This document shows, one piece after another, positions 9,697 to 19,770 of a stretch of 64,000 bases of DNA. Location: NCBI GenBank assembly GCA_020161835.1, contig JAIUNL010000017.1, forward strand, positions 36,634-100,633, written 5' to 3'. Under the pieces are notes generated by a model. That model was not told where the DNA came from, did no database searches, and worked only from the letters and a program-made list of their open reading frames with translations. This DNA comes from Bacteroidota bacterium. Lineage in GTDB: Bacteria > Bacteroidota > JABWAT01. Both the position numbers and the translations under genes were made by a program. Position 1 is the stretch's first letter. The number at the start of each line of letters is the position of its first letter.

Positions 9697-10239
9697 ATGA
9701 GAAAACACACGATTTATTTTCTTTTTATTATTCTAATTTCGTGCAATTCGAATAATAATAGCTTTTACGAACAATACTGGCACACCAACAAAGAAAAGTT
9801 ACTTACCTTACCTGCAAATATTTATTTTTCAATAATACCCATCGACAATGCAACCAAGTATAAAATTGCAATACAAGAATATAACAAAGATGTAAAATTC
9901 AGTTTTGAATATTCACTCCGAACAGGAGATTCTCTAAAATATAAAACTGTTCTATTTAGTGATGAACAAACAAGTTATTTTTTAGAAAATCGATTAACCT
10001 TCAATAAATATATACAATCTATTGTAAAGTACTATGAACAATTCAGTTTTTATTATATTCAGCGTTCAGAGCAATATATTCGTTTGGGATATGTAATCGA
10101 TGGAGATATAATTGTTTGCACAGATCCGGATATTGATTTAAATAAATTCTTCAATGAATATAAACACCACCCCTCTTCAATTGAAAAAGGAGTTTATTTC
10201 TATCAGCGACCCTTTGATTTTTTAGAGACAATAGAATAA
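9697..10239 (+). CDS. AT-rich hypothetical lipoprotein
   Basis: MRKHTIYFLFIILISC lipobox; visibly more AT-rich than its neighbours. Confidence 0.65.
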   Translation: MRKHTIYFLFIILISCNSNNNSFYEQYWHTNKEKLLTLPANIYFSIIPIDNATKYKIAIQEYNKDVKFSFEYSLRTGDSLKYKTVLFSDEQTSYFLENRLTFNKYIQSIVKYYEQFSFYYIQRSEQYIRLGYVIDGDIIVCTDPDIDLNKFFNEYKHHPSSIEKGVYFYQRPFDFLETIE

Positions 10240-10305
10240 ATCGAACATTTTATTGTAAGTTAAATCATTTGTTCTCGAAATTTTTAGGATTTTCGCTTCG
10301 CTCGA

Positions 10306-10342
10306 CTTCTACCTTCTACCTTCTATCTTCTATCTTCTAACC
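10306..10342. repeat. 7-bp tandem repeat (CTTCTAY-like x5) abutting the M14 stop, preceded by a REP-like TTCGCTTCGCTCGA
   Basis: cttctac cttctac cttctat cttctat cttctaa. Confidence 0.85.
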
Positions 10343-11821
10343 TCACAGCTCTACTTCCAAGGCTTTTACCCGATTTGGCATCACCCAGGGTTCCCCTTTT
10401 TGCCAACCTGAATCCCTGTTATAAACTTCAAATCCGTTTATCCAAATTGATAAAACTTCCCGGGTTCCAGGATCAAGAATTCTGAAGGAAGCCCGTTCAC
10501 CGGGTAATAATGAAGTTGTATGATGTTCAGAAAAGAAATCCTCCCTGAAAAGGCTTACGGCAATTGCAATCTGTGAACGAAGTCTTTTTGGGTCAGTGGC
10601 AGACGGATAGAAAAAAGTATCATAACCTTCAAGAACCGATCGTCTGATGACATCAGTCGTAACCGGCATTGGCATAAAATTGCCTTTCATGGGTTCAATC
10701 AGGTAGGCAGAAAAATCCATGGTTGCCATTGCTTTCAACGGCGACAAATCACCTATATCAGCAACAACCCCAATCATCCGTTCTACACCGGTAACCCAGT
10801 CGATCATTGGCGGGTAGTTGATAGCGAGATCTACTGAAACCGGAGGATGTGCCCGCCGGTCAAGCATTGGATCAGGAGTCCGCCGGTCACCAAGCCTGAC
10901 ATTTTCAAGTTTCAGTTCAGTCATCAGAGAACCGTTAAACGGAATGGATTCATACGGTTCAGTGGATAGTTCTTCAATTTCATCGGCAGCAATAGCATTA
11001 AAAGCATCAAGAAACATCCGGAAGTTCAACTCCCTGATCAGGGGTTTATCAGGACTTTGATACCAACCGCCAGATTCAATCAAAACAGTTGAAACGCCCC
11101 AACTTTGCATGTTATCACCAAAACATCTCGAACCAAAAGCATCGTCATATCGGCCTACATGTGGACCAATTCTGGCTTCTACTTCCTGTCTTAAGAAACC
11201 TGCAAGTTTTTTTGCACGGTTTCTTACCTGATTATCATTCCGGTCTGAATCAAATGCCGGCGCCAGAAGACTGATAACAGCAACCTTATCGGTTGAACCG
11301 ACAGAGTATCTGGGATTTTGATCATGAAGATTGAAGCCCCAAACCGGATTCACGGCCTCCTTAACAGATTTAAGAAATCTGCTTTCGGGAGAACATAAAT
11401 CAAGTGCATCCCGGTTAAGATCAATTCCCAATGAATTTCTTCTCTGAAACCGTTCAGCCCCATCAGGATTGAGCATGGGTATAAAATGGAGGGTGAGCTT
11501 GGTAGACAACCACTTTAAAAATTCAGATTCCTTTTCAATTTGGATAAAGTTGAAAAAATCGAGGATTGCAAGTGTGGCAGTTGGTTCATTTCCGTGCATC
11601 TGGGACCAAAGCAACACTGAAACAGGTCCGTTTCCCCAAGAAAAATGGAATAGTTCCCGTTTTTCTAAACTCGTGCCGGTTGTAACCTTTTTTACCGGTT
11701 GAATACTCAGTTCAACCAAATACCCCACTAACTCATGGTGTTTGATACGCCTTGAAACAGCTTTACTGAATTGATAACGGGGATAATCAATGGTCTTAAT
11801 CCATCCGGAAAAGCTGCTCAT
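10343..11821 (-). CDS. M14 family zinc carboxypeptidase
   Basis: WSQMHGNE, PMLNPDG, RRN..GIDLNRD, FNLHDQ, LIESGG. Confidence 0.88.
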   Translation of the reverse strand: MSSFSGWIKTIDYPRYQFSKAVSRRIKHHELVGYLVELSIQPVKKVTTGTSLEKRELFHFSWGNGPVSVLLWSQMHGNEPTATLAILDFFNFIQIEKESEFLKWLSTKLTLHFIPMLNPDGAERFQRRNSLGIDLNRDALDLCSPESRFLKSVKEAVNPVWGFNLHDQNPRYSVGSTDKVAVISLLAPAFDSDRNDNQVRNRAKKLAGFLRQEVEARIGPHVGRYDDAFGSRCFGDNMQSWGVSTVLIESGGWYQSPDKPLIRELNFRMFLDAFNAIAADEIEELSTEPYESIPFNGSLMTELKLENVRLGDRRTPDPMLDRRAHPPVSVDLAINYPPMIDWVTGVERMIGVVADIGDLSPLKAMATMDFSAYLIEPMKGNFMPMPVTTDVIRRSVLEGYDTFFYPSATDPKRLRSQIAIAVSLFREDFFSEHHTTSLLPGERASFRILDPGTREVLSIWINGFEVYNRDSGWQKGEPWVMPNRVKALEVEL

Positions 11822-13086
11822 AATAAAAATCCCTCAATTCTGGAACGCTGTATACCGTGAAACCAAACATCCTCAATTGAACCCGGAAAAGTAATGCCTT
11901 CAAATGGAGACCAGCCAGATCTTGACCTGATCATTTCAGATCGAACCTGCTGCGGTTTATTCAGGTTTAAAACCGAAAAACTGGCAGAATAACCTGGCTG
12001 AATTTCACCAAAACCATTTCCAAACCTGACTGGAATGTAGGGTTTCACAAATTTTCCAGGATTCAGAGAACAGACATTCCGGATTGTTTCAATAGAAATA
12101 TGCTGGTATTTGATCAGCCAGGTCACAAAAAGCCCGTAAGTATCAAGGTGGGAAACACCAGAAATTCCCTTTAGTTTTTCTTCTTTTGAATGAGGTGCAT
12201 GGTCAGTGGCAAGATACTCAATATCTCCGTTTTTTAAAGCAGAGAGCAAAACTTTTTTATCTTCCGGATTGCGGAGAGGCGGATTCATCTGAAGCCATTT
12301 ATGGTTTTTCTCAGTAATCATCGTTTTGTCAAAAAACAGATGGGTGGGGGTAATTTCGCAGGTAACACGGATACCACGTTTTTTTGCAGCCAGAATCAGT
12401 GGTAAACCCTCACCTGTTGAGTAATGACACAATTTTCCCGTAAGATTATATTTTTCAATAAGATACAATGCAAATTCCGTAGCCAGAATTTCAGCTTTAG
12501 CCGGCCGCCGTTCTTCATGACTGTTTTTATCCCGATTTTCTTCAAGAACAACCGGGTCTTCGCAATGAAAACTTACATTCTGATTTTTATATCGTGAGAT
12601 GACCTGTTCAAGTTCTTCATTCGTCCGGAAAAATAATTCTCCAATTGATGGACCCATGAAAACTTTGTAGGGAACTGATTCAACAAGCGGATGAGTTGAA
12701 GGACCGATTCCGGCATAAAGTGTGATGTGAACCGGAGATTTTAAAGCAAGTGCCTGCTTGGCAAAATAAGACTCTGAATCAATTGGTGGGACGGGATTAT
12801 TGGGCATATCAGCCACATGGGTAACCCCACCGTTTAAAGCAGCAAAACCAGCACTTGAAAAATTTTCTTTATAAATGTGCTTTTGGGAAACATCTTCCCG
12901 GGCGTGAATATGAATATCACCAAATCCGGGGAAAATAAGACAATCGTCTGAATAAATAACAGAATCAGGTTCTGGTGTATCTGAAAGCCGTGTAATCAGA
13001 CCTGTTTCTTTATTAAAAAATGCAGTCTTGCGTTGAACCCCATCAGCAAAAACCATTAAACCCGATATACTTAATTCTGAACTCAT
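11818..13086 (-). CDS. Dihydroorotase-family amidohydrolase
   Basis: PGFGDIHIHARE, GGVT..ADMPNN.PP, FHCED, CEITPTHL, MNPPLR, ATDHAPH, WSPFEG. Confidence 0.85.
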   Translation of the reverse strand: MSSELSISGLMVFADGVQRKTAFFNKETGLITRLSDTPEPDSVIYSDDCLIFPGFGDIHIHAREDVSQKHIYKENFSSAGFAALNGGVTHVADMPNNPVPPIDSESYFAKQALALKSPVHITLYAGIGPSTHPLVESVPYKVFMGPSIGELFFRTNEELEQVISRYKNQNVSFHCEDPVVLEENRDKNSHEERRPAKAEILATEFALYLIEKYNLTGKLCHYSTGEGLPLILAAKKRGIRVTCEITPTHLFFDKTMITEKNHKWLQMNPPLRNPEDKKVLLSALKNGDIEYLATDHAPHSKEEKLKGISGVSHLDTYGLFVTWLIKYQHISIETIRNVCSLNPGKFVKPYIPVRFGNGFGEIQPGYSASFSVLNLNKPQQVRSEMIRSRSGWSPFEGITFPGSIEDVWFHGIQRSRIEGFLL

Positions 13087-13120
13087 TTTATCATTTATTG
13101 GTTAAGGGCAATTGTTAAAC

Positions 13121-13128
13121 TAACTTTG
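13121..13128 (+). promoter_or_regulatory. Bacteroidota-type -7 box
   Basis: TAACTTTG 21 nt upstream of ATG 13150. Confidence 0.55.
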
Positions 13129-13149
13129 CAGAAAAATACGGAGAAAAAA

Positions 13150-13731
13150 ATGCGAAAACACATCAATTATCTACTTATCCTTACCGGAATAGTTCTATTT
13201 GCATCATGCAAGAAAGAAACAGGTGATTTGCCTCAAACTGTTCCCGGTGAAAATAAGGTTAAAATGGAATATATTTCGGGTCTTGGTGCTCCTGATCTTT
13301 CGCCGGCAACAAATCCAAAAATCGGCAAACCAGTTGAAATGAACTGGCAGTTTAAAAATATGATGGGTGATACCGTTTTATTATCAGATTACAAAGGAAA
13401 AGTAATTTTTCTGAATTTGTGGGCAACATGGTGTCCGCCATGCAAAGCAGAACTTCCTTCGGTTCAAAAACTAATGGAACTTGCTGATAAAGATGTCGTT
13501 TTTCTTCTGGTTTCAAATGAAACCCAGGAGGAAGTTAAATCCTTTTTTCAACCCCTAGATTTTTCAGTGCCGGCATTTACTGCAGAAGGTGAATATCCGG
13601 CAGATTTTGTAACACAAGGAATTCCGGCCACCTATATTATTGATAAAAAAGGGAATCTGGCTGCGTTTCACCTGGGAGCAGCACAATGGGATGATGCCTC
13701 GGTAGTGGATTTTCTGAATTCACTGAAATAA
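13150..13731 (+). CDS. TlpA/ResA-family thiol-disulfide oxidoreductase lipoprotein
   Basis: LFASC lipobox; KGKVIFLNLWATWCPPCKAELP; GIPATYIID. Confidence 0.9.
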   Translation: MRKHINYLLILTGIVLFASCKKETGDLPQTVPGENKVKMEYISGLGAPDLSPATNPKIGKPVEMNWQFKNMMGDTVLLSDYKGKVIFLNLWATWCPPCKAELPSVQKLMELADKDVVFLLVSNETQEEVKSFFQPLDFSVPAFTAEGEYPADFVTQGIPATYIIDKKGNLAAFHLGAAQWDDASVVDFLNSLK

Positions 13732-13738
13732 AGGAACT

Positions 13739-14629
13739 TCAGCGAAAAGTTTGTCCCAGGACGTATTTTGCCGCTTCACGAACCGTTTCATACATTTCTG
13801 GCTGAACAGGTGCAAGTGCATCTGTTCGGTTGAGTTTTTTAATCAATCTCTTCCCTGTTGATGTCACAGAAAAGGCAAGAATGGCCTTTTTCAATTTCTC
13901 TGCATCGGCTTGTCTTCTTGAATAAACATGAGTTGACATCGAAATTACATCACCGGGAATTGGTTTTGTATAAAGAATGGGTCTGATTTTAGCAATTTGT
14001 TCTTTATCCTTCACAAACTGATGCCAGGCATTATCCGTATTTATTGTATCATTGGCAAAACTTGCTGCAGCATCAACATCACCATCCAGAACCGCCTTAA
14101 CTGCTCTGTCATGCCCACCCACGTATTTAATTTCTCTGAAAAATGTTGCCGGATTGATACCTTTTTTCCGAAGTTCATATTCCGGGAAGATCCGGCCGGC
14201 GGTACTTGTCGGATCAGTCCACCCGATACGCTTCCCGTTTAAATCTTCAACACTTCTGATACCTGAATCTGTACGGGTAAAAATAGCTGAATAAAAGAAT
14301 GGTTTCCCTTGTCTCACTGATGTAAGCAAAGGAGTTTGTTTAATTTCAGCCTCTGCTTCGACAAAACTCATGGGTGCCAGCCAGGCAATATCAACATGGC
14401 GGGTACGAATAGCCTCAATCAGCGAAGAGTAATCAGGAGCAACAAACGACCTGATTTCTATTCCTGTTTGTTTGGTTAGTTCAGTACAAAGACTATCAGC
14501 CACAATTTCCACTTCTTCGATTTCACTTGCAGGAATAAAACCGAAAGTAAAAGGCTCAGTTTTCCTGAATTCACAGGAAAGAAAAAAACTGGTAGCAAGA
14601 AAAATCAAACAAAAGTTTATGAGTTTCAT
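13739..14629 (-). CDS. PhnD-like phosphate/phosphite/phosphonate-binding lipoprotein
   Basis: FLSC lipobox; FGFIP, DYSSLIEAI, D..STAG..P, GGHD.AV.AVLDGDVDAAA, IPGD. Confidence 0.85.
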   Translation of the reverse strand: MKLINFCLIFLATSFFLSCEFRKTEPFTFGFIPASEIEEVEIVADSLCTELTKQTGIEIRSFVAPDYSSLIEAIRTRHVDIAWLAPMSFVEAEAEIKQTPLLTSVRQGKPFFYSAIFTRTDSGIRSVEDLNGKRIGWTDPTSTAGRIFPEYELRKKGINPATFFREIKYVGGHDRAVKAVLDGDVDAAASFANDTINTDNAWHQFVKDKEQIAKIRPILYTKPIPGDVISMSTHVYSRRQADAEKLKKAILAFSVTSTGKRLIKKLNRTDALAPVQPEMYETVREAAKYVLGQTFR

Positions 14630-16207
14630 TTATAACTCCGTAATCAAATCAGCAAGGTTTTGCCCGTTTTCCTTTAATTCGGCTGTTTTCGCAGTTAGAC
14701 GGTCAAGGTTTTTACTTAAATCACCCGACTCCATTCTCATTTGATTCATTGAATGGGCAATTTGTGAAAGTGCTGACAACTGCTCTGTAGCTGATTTGGT
14801 AATCGTGTTAACCGATTTCATCGTAACGCCATATTGTTCTTCGAGCAGATGAATTACGTCACTGATCTCATGAAGTCGCTTGGTTCCATCCAAGACAAGC
14901 TGATTGACTGATTTAAACATGTGACCTGATTCCCGGCTTTTTTCAACAATATCAATGAGCTGACTTTTTATTTTTTTAAGTGTGGTTTCAACGTTTACTG
15001 CCAGATCTCTAACTTCAGTAGCCACCACCATAAACCGTTGAGTTTGTTTTTTGTCGCCAACAGCTTCAAGCTGTGCATTAAAACTAATCAGCTTGAGATT
15101 ATCATTGATCTGACTCACCACATCAGTAATTCGGGTAATGGCTTCAATTTCCTCAATATTTTTGTTCAGCATTTCTCTGAAGAGCAATGTATTGGCTTCA
15201 ATTTTATCCATTCTTTCAACAAGATCGTTAACTGACCGGCTTGCTTCAGCAATTTTGGCTTTGTTTTGCTTTGATTGGGTGGTCAGGGTTTTTGCCAGAT
15301 CAGTAATGTGCTCAGATGATCTAGCAATTTGAGTTGAAGAAACACTTACATCAGAAATATTGTGAGTCAATTCGTTAAATGACCGGCTTTGAAGATCGAT
15401 AAAAACACCTAAATGTTTCGATTGATCAATCAATTCATTTCCGGCAGATTCAATTTTTTCAGAAAGGCGGGATTGAGTTTCAAAAGCGGATAAAAGTTCA
15501 GAAGAAAGTCCTCTGACCTGATTAAACCGTGAGGTTTTCAATTCTGTAAAAAGCTGCACTTTAGCAACCGCATCTGATGAAACTGCACGATTCAGTTGCC
15601 CAATTTGTGAAACCAGTGCACCGGTGGTGTATCTGTAAGAGAAAACCACAACCAGGCTAACCAGAAGAAAAAAGACACCCGATGATAGGGAAAAAAGCAA
15701 AACATAATGATCATAATCACCCAGTTCCTGACTCAAAATCAGTTCAATTCTCTTGCCTTCCTTTTGACTCAGAACTGACTTCACAAGCAGGATTGTAGTT
15801 CCCTTTTGCGTTTTCGTTTTTTCCCAGGTAATTGAGTCACCATCGACAAAAATCGGATCATGAAAGTTGACGTTTTGCGGCAATCCTTTCATTTCTGATA
15901 GAGGTGAACGAATGCGAAGAAATTTTTCTCCGTTAAAAAATCCGTAAAAAGAAATCGGGAATTTGATGACGTAGGAGTTGAAGGCTTTTCGGGTGGAAAT
16001 GGGAATATAAGCAAGATCTTTCGAGGTTGCTGCATTCTGATAAACGGGGTCGTTTCTGAGCATGAATGATGCCCAGTTACTTATCCGGCCAAGATGAACA
16101 ACTGCCTGACTGATGTAATTATCTGAGAAAACCCAAACTGAAAGTAACCAAATAAAAACCGGAATGGACGTAAATCCGATCCAACGTCCCCATCGTTCCT
16201 TTTTCAT
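14630..16207 (-). CDS. Methyl-accepting chemotaxis-like transducer with divergent signalling tip
   Basis: Two TM segments flanking a periplasmic domain; coiled coil with LKLISFNAQLEA....RFMVVATEVRDLA. Confidence 0.75.
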   Translation of the reverse strand: MKKERWGRWIGFTSIPVFIWLLSVWVFSDNYISQAVVHLGRISNWASFMLRNDPVYQNAATSKDLAYIPISTRKAFNSYVIKFPISFYGFFNGEKFLRIRSPLSEMKGLPQNVNFHDPIFVDGDSITWEKTKTQKGTTILLVKSVLSQKEGKRIELILSQELGDYDHYVLLFSLSSGVFFLLVSLVVVFSYRYTTGALVSQIGQLNRAVSSDAVAKVQLFTELKTSRFNQVRGLSSELLSAFETQSRLSEKIESAGNELIDQSKHLGVFIDLQSRSFNELTHNISDVSVSSTQIARSSEHITDLAKTLTTQSKQNKAKIAEASRSVNDLVERMDKIEANTLLFREMLNKNIEEIEAITRITDVVSQINDNLKLISFNAQLEAVGDKKQTQRFMVVATEVRDLAVNVETTLKKIKSQLIDIVEKSRESGHMFKSVNQLVLDGTKRLHEISDVIHLLEEQYGVTMKSVNTITKSATEQLSALSQIAHSMNQMRMESGDLSKNLDRLTAKTAELKENGQNLADLITEL

Positions 16208-16221
16208 TTCAGTAATCCATT

Positions 16222-17079
16222 TTAAAGATTTTCGAAAATAATCCGGGTTGCAGCAGATTTATTCAATGTGTAGAAATGAAGGCCGGGAGCACCCTGTTCA
16301 ATCAGTTCACGGCACTGTTTCATGGCATATTCTAACCCCAGCAGGGTAACTTCTGTTGCATCAGTTTCAACTTCAGTAAGAGATTCGACCAAATGATCAG
16401 GAATTTTAGCTCCGCCCATTTCAGAGAATTTTTTTATTTGTCCATAATTGGTGATAGGCATAATCCCCGGAATTATTCTGCAAAAAATACCGGTTTTTGC
16501 TGCATCATCTACAAACCGGAAGTAATCATTATTGTTAAAAAACAATTGGGTAATGACAAAATCGGCACCTTCATCAACTTTTCGTTTCAGGTTTTCAAGA
16601 TCTTTCTGTCTGCTTTCTGCCTGGGGATGAACTTCGGGGTAACCGGCAACACCAATGCAAAAATGTCCGCCAATGCGAATGTGTTTCACCAGGTCGGAGG
16701 CATATTGATATGAATTGGGGGAAGGTTTCCAGTCAGGCTGTCCTTTTGGCGGATCACCACGCAAAGCAAGAATATTGTCAATACCTCTTCTTTTCAGTTC
16801 ATCAAGAGAAGGCTGAAGTTCATCAATTGAGTGACCAACACAAGTAAAGTGAGCCATCACTTCCAGCCCAATTTGATTCTTTATCGTATCAACAATTTCG
16901 AAAGATTTTTCCCGGGTAGAGCCACCGGCACCGTAGGTTACCGAAACAAAATCCGGGTTTAAGGGCTTTAGCTTTTTTAACGTGTTGAAAAGGGTTTGAT
17001 TTCCGGCATCCGTTTTCGGCGGAAAAAATTCAAAGGAAAATGTTTTTCCTTTTTTCTGAAGAATATCTGAAATTCTCAC
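16222..17079 (-). CDS. metF: 5,10-methylenetetrahydrofolate reductase
   Basis: SFEFFPPK, FVSVTYGAGGST, ALRGDPP, AGYPE.HP, ITQLFF, GLHFYTLN. Confidence 0.95.
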   Translation of the reverse strand: MRISDILQKKGKTFSFEFFPPKTDAGNQTLFNTLKKLKPLNPDFVSVTYGAGGSTREKSFEIVDTIKNQIGLEVMAHFTCVGHSIDELQPSLDELKRRGIDNILALRGDPPKGQPDWKPSPNSYQYASDLVKHIRIGGHFCIGVAGYPEVHPQAESRQKDLENLKRKVDEGADFVITQLFFNNNDYFRFVDDAAKTGIFCRIIPGIMPITNYGQIKKFSEMGGAKIPDHLVESLTEVETDATEVTLLGLEYAMKQCRELIEQGAPGLHFYTLNKSAATRIIFENL

Positions 17080-17338
17080 GTTTATCCGTTCAAGAGTTTA
17101 ATATATATAACTGTGCAGAAGTGACTCTGATTTGATAAGTAAGGAAAATGGTGAACAAAATTAAGAAATTCAACATAATTGAGAGTTTGACTATTATTCC
17201 TGACAAATCATAACTATAATTTATTAATTCATGGTTTAATTAGTTTCGAATTAAATTTGAATCAGGTCTTTATTAAAACACCTGCCTGTCGTAAATTGTC
17301 TTCCGACCAGGACCAAACCAAACCAGGAGATCTGACCC

Positions 17339-18544
17339 ATGCGAGTTTTAGTAGCAGACAAATTTGAACAATCCGGGCTAGACGGATTAAAAAGTATCGG
17401 CTGTACAGTAATCTATGATCCTGATGTTAAAGATGATTCTTTAACCGAGTCCATTTCAAAAAACTCACCTGATATTCTGGTTGTTCGTTCAACCAAAGTG
17501 ACAGAAGCCATGATGCCGGCAGGGTCTCTTAAACTGATTGTAAGAGCAGGTGCCGGTTTCAATACTATTGATGTGGCAGCAGCATCTCGAAAAGGAATTT
17601 ATGTTTCAAACTGCCCCGGTAAAAACTCAATTGCAGTGGCAGAATTGGCTTTTGGACTGATTTTATCGCTTGACCGCCGGATTCCCGACAATGTTGCAGA
17701 CCTCCGAAATGGAAAGTGGAATAAAAAAGAATATTCAAAGGCTAAAGGACTTTACGGAAAAACGATAGGCCTTGTCGGACTCGGAAATATAGGGAAGGAA
17801 ATGGTCACCAGGGCCAAATCATTCGGGATGAATGTCATGGTCTGGAGCAGGAGTTTAACTCAGGAAAAAGCCGAAGAACTTGATGTGATTTTTGCTCCGA
17901 CTTTAGGTGAACTAGCCAAACATTCAGATATCGTTTCCCTTCATCTTGCGCTTTCAAAAGATACAAGAGGATTGATTGGTAAATCGTTTTTTGACGGAAT
18001 GAAAAAGGGTGCCAGTTTTATCAATACCTCACGGGGTGAAGTTGTTGATCAGAATGCCCTGCTTCAGGCAATCACAGAAAAAGGATTAAAAGCGGGGTTG
18101 GATGTTTTTGCTGCAGAGCCGGAAGGTGGTGTGGCAGAATTCACAGATCCGATCGGTAAGGAAATCAATGTTTACGGAACTCACCACATTGGTGCATCAA
18201 CCGATCAGGCTCAGGAAGCTATTGCAGCAGAAACAGTGAGAATTGTTAAAGAATTCCGTGAAACCGGCCACGTTCCGAATGTGGTTAACCTTTCAGTTAA
18301 ATCACCGGCAACCTACCGGCTGATCGTAAGACACCTGAATAAACCAGGAGTTCTTGCCTCAGTTCTTGATGGTATTAAAGCAGAAAATATTAACGTTCTC
18401 GAAATGGAAAACATTGTTTTTGCTGATGCAGAAGCTGCAGTTGCCAGAATTAACCTGCAGGATGAACCCCATGCCGGAACAGTTGAAAAAGTTAAATCAA
18501 TGAATCCGAATATCATCGCCATTGATTTGGTAAAATTGGGATAA
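17339..18544 (+). CDS. serA: D-3-phosphoglycerate dehydrogenase family protein with C-terminal ACT domain
   Basis: VRS.TKVT, RAGAGFNTID, GLVGLGNIG, INTSRGEVVD, HIGAST..AQ, H.NKPGVL ACT. Confidence 0.8.
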   Translation: MRVLVADKFEQSGLDGLKSIGCTVIYDPDVKDDSLTESISKNSPDILVVRSTKVTEAMMPAGSLKLIVRAGAGFNTIDVAAASRKGIYVSNCPGKNSIAVAELAFGLILSLDRRIPDNVADLRNGKWNKKEYSKAKGLYGKTIGLVGLGNIGKEMVTRAKSFGMNVMVWSRSLTQEKAEELDVIFAPTLGELAKHSDIVSLHLALSKDTRGLIGKSFFDGMKKGASFINTSRGEVVDQNALLQAITEKGLKAGLDVFAAEPEGGVAEFTDPIGKEINVYGTHHIGASTDQAQEAIAAETVRIVKEFRETGHVPNVVNLSVKSPATYRLIVRHLNKPGVLASVLDGIKAENINVLEMENIVFADAEAAVARINLQDEPHAGTVEKVKSMNPNIIAIDLVKLG

Positions 18545-18555
18545 GTTTTTTTAGT

Positions 18556-18630
18556 TTGGCCATTGAGCACCCTTTTACTTGGTCCCTGAGCGGAGTCGAA
18601 GGGCCGCTCAATGACCAAGTCGAAATGCCC
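18556..18630. repeat. Nested REP-like palindromic element
   Basis: Outer inverted repeat TTGGCCATTGAGC/GCTCAATGACCAA enclosing GGTCCCTGAGCGGAGTCGAAGGG; between convergent serA and ABC permease. Confidence 0.75.
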
Positions 18631-18681
18631 ACTTTGTCCCATGTCCCAAGTCACTGGTTTTTTACCTTCAGCAAAACCCAA

Positions 18682-19770
18682 TCAATGCCACTTGAACAGT
18701 TTTAATCCTGCCGAAAATGTAATCAGACCTATTGTCAGTAATATTCCCACCGGCAGCAAAGTATCACCAAAACCGGCACCTTCAATAAAAATTGCCCTGG
18801 TCGCATCGGCTAATAAGGTTAAAGGCAGAAATTGAATGATTGAAACCACTGTTTCCGGGAAATTATGGTAACTGAAGAAAATGCCGGAAAGAACCATCAT
18901 CGGCATTGATATGGCATTAATGAAACCAATTCCAATATTGGTTTTTTCGACTCTTGCGGCCACTAAAAGTGAAATACCGGTAAAAGCAAAGGCTCCGGTT
19001 AAGAATAGTAAAATCACGCCCATCAAACTTCCCTGCGGATAAATCCCAAAAAAGAAATAGGCAAAAGTGAGTAAAATTCCAGCCTCAATAAATGCCAATA
19101 ATAATCTTGCAACCATTAGCGACAAGATAAATTCGTATCGTTTCATGGGTGTTGCAAGCATTCGTCTGAGCAATTTCTTCATTCTGAATTCAATCAGGGA
19201 AAACCCGATTCCCCACAGAAACGAATTCATCATGCCAAACACAAGTAAACCCGGAATCAGGAAATCAATATACCTCGTCCCGGGCAGAGTTAAGGGTTGA
19301 ATCGTGGTTCCCTTTTCTTCTGCTGAAAGTTGGCCAGGTTCTGATTGGATCATAAAATAGGCAAGTTGAGCTGAAGCGTTTGCTTTGTCAAAATGAAAAG
19401 AAACCGTTGAATCAGATGTTCTGGAAAGGTAAAGGGGAATAATTCCCCGTTTTAAAAAGACAATGGCTGAATCTTCAGTTATCTGTTTCAGATGCAGGAT
19501 CATTTGTCCTGAAGCTGCAGATCCAACTTTAAATTCAATTTGTCCGTGATCATCTTTTGCTCCCGACTTAACCAATTCAGAAAAACTGCCGGTTTTTGGC
19601 AGGCTTCCAACAAACCCTATCGTTTGGTGGATTTCGGTTTTTTCAGAAAAAGCAGCGCCCAATGTTGCAGCAATTGCAACCGGAAAAACGACCGACCAAA
19701 ATAAGATGGCAGGTTCACGGTAAAATTCACGAAACTGAACCAATACAAGTTTCCAGAAAGATGCAGACAT
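18682..19770 (-). CDS. ABC-2 type exporter permease
   Basis: REP..LFW..VFP, RYIDFLIPGL, LRRMLATP, LSGIFF, LPLT. Confidence 0.9.
   Translation of the reverse strand: MSASFWKLVLVQFREFYREPAILFWSVVFPVAIAATLGAAFSEKTEIHQTIGFVGSLPKTGSFSELVKSGAKDDHGQIEFKVGSAASGQMILHLKQITEDSAIVFLKRGIIPLYLSRTSDSTVSFHFDKANASAQLAYFMIQSEPGQLSAEEKGTTIQPLTLPGTRYIDFLIPGLLVFGMMNSFLWGIGFSLIEFRMKKLLRRMLATPMKRYEFILSLMVARLLLAFIEAGILLTFAYFFFGIYPQGSLMGVILLFLTGAFAFTGISLLVAARVEKTNIGIGFINAISMPMMVLSGIFFSYHNFPETVVSIIQFLPLTLLADATRAIFIEGAGFGDTLLPVGILLTIGLITFSAGLKLFKWH

Noticed and set aside
10240-10300. attC site after the AT-rich lipoprotein gene
   Set aside because: AAC...GTTAAAT are too close and no paired R/L boxes with extrahelical bases could be drawn
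10853-10889. CCGCCGGTCA direct repeat in the M14 gene (DRR..DRR)
   Set aside because: Two 10-bp copies 27 nt apart; at most a small local duplication with no sign of an element
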